Assembly (NCBI GenBank): GCA_002269645.1
Contig: NIVC01000273.1
Span: forward strand, 225,165 to 289,164
DNA length: 64,000 nt
Direction of reading: 5' to 3'
DNA from: Macrostomum lignano
Lineage: Eukaryota
Each line of letters begins with the position of its first letter. The stretch's first letter is position 1. This document shows positions 59,001 to 64,000 of the stretch, one piece after another. The translations under genes and the position numbers were made by a program. The notes under the pieces were generated by a model. The model made no database searches, was not told the DNA's origin, and saw nothing but the letters and a program-made list of their open reading frames with translations.

Positions 59001-61737
59001 CCAGTAAGGGAATCTGGGAGGGTTGCTATCCCAGTTGGGGATCTGGGAGGGTTGCTATCCCAGTTTGGGATCTGGGAGGGTTGCTATCCCAGTAAGGGAA
59101 TCTGGGAGGGTTGCTATCCCAGTAAGGGAATCTGGGAGGGTTGCTATCCCAGTAAGGGAATCTGGGAGGGTTGCTATCCCAGTTGGGGATCTGGGAGGGT
59201 TGCTATCCCAGTTTGGGATCTGGGAGGGTTGCTATCCCAGTAAGGGATCTGGGAGGGTTGCTATCCCAGTAAGGGAATCTGGGAGGGTTGCTATCCCAGT
59301 AAGGGAATCTGGGAGGGTTGCTATCCCAGTAAGGGAATCTGGGAGGGTTGCTATCCCAGTAAGGGAATCTGGGAGGGTTGCTATCCCAGTTGGGGATCTG
59401 GGAGGGTTGCTATCCCAGTTTGGGATCTGGGAGGGTTGCTATCCCAGTTTGGGATCTGGGAGGGTTGCTATCCCAGTTGGGGATCTGGGAGGGTTGCTAC
59501 CCCAGTCTGAGATCTGAGTTAGATTCTCTAAGTCGAAGAGGGGATAAGGAGGCGCCATAACCGAAGGCAGTCATCAGATTGAATGTGCTCAGCAGTCAAC
59601 TGCAGCCTAGCAACTAAAAACAAATAGTCAAGAAGCTGCAATCGCTAAGGCGCAAATTACATCATCACGTGACCGAGTTCTTATAGAACAATGAGTGCTG
59701 GATACTGCATCAGACAGACTGAATCAGCAGTCACTTGCGCACGTTTTTACGACGAGTTAGGCGCTCGTCCGTCGCGCAAGGCTAAGGCGCAAATTACGTC
59801 ATCACGAGCAGCGAAACAGCACTATCTAGCTACAGTGTGATAATATCCCAACTGATTGACTACTGAGAGTACTATAAAATAGATAATAGGTGATATATAA
59901 GCCAGGCACTGCGGTCAGACAGATTCTGTCAGCAGTCACTCGCGCACGTTTTTTAAAACGAGTTAGGCGCTCGTCCGTCACGCGAGGCTAAGGCGCAAAT
60001 TACGTCATCACGCGCAGAGGCTGGCGAAGAAGACTATCGTACGCGATCTTGCATTCAAGATTTGCAGATTTGAATGCAAGATCCCGACAAAGACCAGATC
60101 TGAATTGTAACATCCCGACAAAGACCAGATCTGAATTGTAACATCCCGACAAAGACCAGATCTGAATTGTAACATCCCGACAAAGACCAGATCTCAATGC
60201 AAGATCCCAACAAAGACCAGATCTGAATTGTAACATCCCGACAAAGACCAGATCTGAATTGTAACATCCCGACAAAGACCTGATCTGAATTGTAACATCC
60301 CGACAAAGACCAGATCTGAATTGTAAGATCGCGACAAAGACCAGATCTGAATTGTAACATCCCGACAAAGACCAGATCTGAATTGTAACATCCCGACAAA
60401 GACCAGATCTGAATTGTAAGATCGCGACAAAGACCAGATCTGAATTGTAACATCCCGACAAAGACCAGATCTGAATTGTAACATCCCGACAACGACCAGA
60501 TCTGAATTGTAAGATCGCGACAAAGACCAGATCTGAATGCAAGATCCCGACAAAGACTAGATCTCAATGCAAGATCCCAACAAAGACCAGATCTTATCCC
60601 AACAGGATCTTGCCATTCTACCAGAAAATGACACGACAGAGCAGCCATCAGACAGATTTTACTCAGCATCGATCAGCTCCAGTTATAAGGAAGCTGGCTA
60701 AGGCGCAAATTACGTCATCAGTTGGACTGCTCTATAAAAATGAGACAGTATGGGGAAATCTCACCTGTCTCGGCGTCATTACGTTGCCAAGGGCAATGGG
60801 ACGAACTCGGCCGGGCAGATCCGGATCGGCAAAGTGAGCCCTCAGCGGCACCACCGGGTAGAAGAAGCAGCCGGTCCGAACAGGTGCTCCATGATGGAGT
60901 AGTGCCTGGCGGCAGACAGGGCGTGCTCGGGCCGCCGCTCCGACTCCCAGGCGAGCTCCACCGCGTCGAGGTCGACGCGCAGCTGCTGATTGCGGGCCAG
61001 GCGCTCCAGCTCCTGCTGGCGCTTCTGTGGCGGAATAGAAAATATAGTTATTTTCAACACATATCGGTCAGTGGCATTGAACCCATATTTGTAGTGCACG
61101 TGCTGTATAAAATGCTTTAAACTCGCGCACTTAGTGCGGTTCCAATGCCTTTCTAGCGCGTGTGCTTCCAAGCATCACATGTTTATGTGCTTCTGGCGGC
61201 CTGTTTAATGTGCTTCTGGCGGCCTGTTTAATGTGCTTCTGGCGGCCTGTTTAATGTGCTTCAGGCGGCCTGTTTAATGTGCTTCTGGCGGCCTGTTTAA
61301 TGTGCTTCTGGCGGCTGTTTAATGTGCTTCTGATGCCTTCATTAAAGTGCTTTGAGCACCTTATTATTCTTTTGCGGCGCCCTACACTATTTGGGAGAAC
61401 TCCAGTCCATCACTGGTAGAACAGAAGCCACAATAATTTCGCTCGCACCTCATCGGGCGGCTCCGGCCGGGAGGCGGTGAGCAGCGACCGCGGTAGGCCG
61501 ATGTTGCAGGCGGGCGGCTCCGGGTGGTGGCGGGCGCGCCACTCGGCCATGCGCTGCCGGAAGCTGAGCTTGGCCTCCTCCGGCACCTCCTGCTTGACGC
61601 GGACTTTCACGCCGGGTTCCTCGTCCTCCGGAGTGCGCGGTCGTACGGCCCCATCATGAATATTGTGCGGGCGGGGTTCGAGTCTGCGCGGCTGGTGGCC
61701 GCAGGCCGCGAAGTAGGCCGATGAGGGAGCTGCGCAT
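56081..61737 (-). CDS. MRPL38: Mitochondrial ribosomal protein mL38 (PEBP fold); exons about 61737-61449, 61024-60765, 58563-58019, 56288-56081; frameshifts in exons 1 and 2
   Basis: ELERLARNQQLRVDLDAV, HWLVTDIPG, YLQPIPPLGTGLHRY, LTPAGLCFFQ, PFNLYLDKYRD; canonical splice sites with compatible phases. Confidence 0.88.
56352..57990. repeat. 21-bp intronic minisatellite split by a solo LTR
   Basis: GACATGAGGTGGATCAAATGA unit on both sides of 56656-57443. Confidence 0.9.
56656..57443. mobile_element. Solo LTR (788 bp), unrelated to L1-L4
   Basis: TGTAGTGA...TCACCACA terminal inverted repeat (7 of 8 match); 4-bp TSD CATG. Confidence 0.8.
58590..59510. repeat. 29/30-bp intronic minisatellite
   Basis: GGAATCTGGGAGGGTTGCTATCCCAGTAAG. 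Confidence 0.92.
60060..60600. repeat. 31-bp intronic minisatellite
   Basis: AGATCTGAATTGTAACATCCCGACAAAGACC. Confidence 0.92.
61186..61330. repeat. 23-bp intronic minisatellite
   Basis: TTAATGTGCTTCTGGCGGCCTGT. Confidence 0.9.
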
Positions 61738-62049
61738 CTGGGTGGCTGTGGGCTGGGGGTACATGCTCTCGCATTGGTATTTGCGAGCGATACCAGAACT
61801 ACAATGTGACTAGAGACCAATCCTAATCAAATGTCTAGAGACCAATCCTAGGGAGATGTCTAGGGACTGATCCTACATGCGCAACCTTGGGAATCACCCG
61901 GCCGTTTCTAATGGCAACACGCACATGTAAGTCGCTATTGGCTGAGAGCAGTCACGTGACTACTATTCCGTCCAATAGCGACTTCCATGTGTGTGTTGCC
62001 AATAGAAACGGCCGGGTGAATCCCTAGGTTGCGCCCAAGCATGATCCTA

Positions 62050-62300
62050 GCCAGATGTCTAGAGACTCTGATCCTACTAGCCAGATGTCTAGGGACTGAT
62101 TCTAGCCAGATGTCTAGAGACTCAGATCCTAGCCAGATGTCTAGAGACTCAGATCCTAGCCAGATGTCTAGAGACTCAGATCCTAGCCAGATGTCTAGAG
62201 ACTCAGATCCTAGCCAGATGTCTAGAGACTCAGATCCTAGCCAGATGTCTAGAGACTCAGATCCTAGCCAGATGTCTAGAGACTCAGATTCTAGCGAGAT
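62050..62300. repeat. 27-bp minisatellite
   Basis: AGATGTCTAGAGACTCAGATCCTAGCC. Confidence 0.9.
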
Positions 62301-62852
62301 GTCTAAAAACGAAATCATTCTTACAATGTCTAAGGACACATGCCATTGACACCTAGATAGCCAATCTAATAAAAAAGGCTCTATCCAGTAATAATAAAAG
62401 TACATAACGCACCAATATCGCAAAACGAAGCCGACTAAGACTGGCAAACTACAGTACGTATATTTTATTACGAGCGTAATTTGGCAAAAATATTAACTAC
62501 TGACTTCAAAGGAATGCTGGAAAATGAGTGAAAATTAAACAAAGAAAACAATAAAAAGATGCAGCACGCTAACTGACGCACAAAAACTGCAAACAGAACA
62601 CAAGGCACAGTTTTAATTATATGGCTAGATAATAAATTTTCTAAGACACAAATAGGCATATATTCATTTTTGGGCAAATAAAACAACCAAAAATGCAAGT
62701 CAGTTTCTCGTTAACAAGCGCTATGTGACTGGATAAATAAATAACTACATGTGCCTTATATAGCAACCTGTGAGTGCAGCAGCTGTACCAGAGGGCCAAT
62801 CACAATGAGCTGCTACTGGCTAATGCGACAGGTGAGGAGCGCCATCATTTGG

Positions 62853-64000
62853 GAATTGGAGGGCGATTCTTCAGGAATTGGAGGGCGATTCTTCAGGAAT
62901 TGGAGGGCGATTCTTCAGGAATTAGAGGGCGATTTTTCAGGAATCGGATGGCGATTCTTCAGGAATCGGAGGGCGATTCTTCAGGAATTGAAGGAGATTC
63001 TACAGGAATGGGAGGGCGATTCTTCAGGAATTGGAGGGCGATTTTTCAGGAATTGGAGGGAGATTCTTCAGGAATTGGAGAGCGATTCTTCAGGAATTGG
63101 AGGGCGATTTTTCAGGAATCGGAGGGCGATTCTTCAGGAATTGGAGGGCGATTTTTCAGGAATCGGAGGGCGATTCTTCAGGAATTGGAGAGCGATTCTT
63201 CAGGAATTGAAGGGAGATTCTACAGGAATGGGAGGGCGATTCTTCAGGAATCGGAGGCGATTCTTCAGGAATTAGAGGGCGATTTTTCAGGAATCGGAGG
63301 GCGATTCTTCAGGAATTGGAGGGCGATTCTTCAGGAATCGATGGCGATTTTTCAGGAATTGGAGGGCGATTTTTCAGGAATCGGAGGGCGATTCTTCAGG
63401 AATCGGAGGGCGATTTTTCAGGAATTGGAGGGAGATTCTTCAGGAATTGGAGAGCGATTCTTCAGGAATTGGAGGGCGATTTTTCAGGAATCGGAGGGCG
63501 ATTCTTCAGGAATTGGAGAGCGATTCTTCAGGAATCGGAGGGCGATTCTTCAGGAATTAGAGGGATTTTTCAGGAATCGGATGGCGATTCTTCAGGAATC
63601 GGAGGGCGATTTTTCAGGAATTGAAGGGAGATTCTACAGGAATGGAGGGCGATTCTTCAGGAATTGGAGGGCGATTTTTCAGGAATTGGAGGGAGATTCT
63701 TCAGGAATTGGAGAGCGATTCTTCAGGAATTGGAGGGCGATTCTTCAGGAATTGGAGGGCGATTCTTCAGGAATTGGAGGGAGATTCTTCAGGAATCGGA
63801 GGGCGATTCTTCAGGAATTGGAGGGAGATTCTTCAGGAATCGGAGGGGATTCTTCAGGAATTGGAGGGAGATTCTTCAGGAATCGGAGGGCGATTCTTGA
63901 GGGATTGGAGGGCGATTCTTCTGGAATCGGAGGGAGATTCTTCAGGAATCGAGGCGATTCTTGAGGGATTGGAGGGCGATTCTTCTGGAATCGGAGGGCG
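62853..64000. repeat. 22-bp minisatellite running off the end of the window
   Basis: GGAGGGCGATTCTTCAGGAATT. Confidence 0.92.

Noticed and set aside
56239-64000. Long ORF-track entries over the minisatellites (MRHEVDQ, GIWEGCYP, GDSSGIG and others)
   Set aside because: Translations of tandem repeats lying in introns or intergenic DNA

Overview
Animal nuclear DNA in two parts. The host could be a flatworm such as Macrostomum, inferred only from very short introns, GC-rich exons with triplet tracts and minisatellite-filled introns. (1) About 1-47 kb is a nested mobile-element landscape. It opens with a degenerate Polinton/Maverick core: a spliced deoxynucleoside kinase, protein-primed PolB, double-jelly-roll major capsid protein, and an adenain-like protease split by an RNase H-bearing LINE. 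About 40 kb of paralogous accessory genes follow: tandem double-RING, OTU-like, two related helical 'YP-L' families and a 'KYWPD' family. These genes are organised around four related TG...CA LTRs. Each LTR is followed by TGGTRAGC and a conserved leader ending in a covarying hairpin with a palindromic 9-nt loop. Two of the LTRs are preceded by a Gypsy-type integrase-tail/PPT motif. No gag-pol is recognisable. A 1.9-kb mini-Polinton with a perfect 6-bp TSD, a CMC-type transposon and a hAT MITE are nested inside. (2) About 47-64 kb is host sequence with MITEs, minisatellites, a solo LTR and three housekeeping genes on the minus strand (Tim13, eIF3j, mRpL38). The best candidate for a new system is a family of gag/pol-less LTR 'shells' that keep their cis signals but carry intron-containing cargo shared with Polinton-type ends. 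Frameshifts in the essential mRpL38 gene suggest that some indels in this window are assembly errors. All alignments were made by eye; no searches were run.
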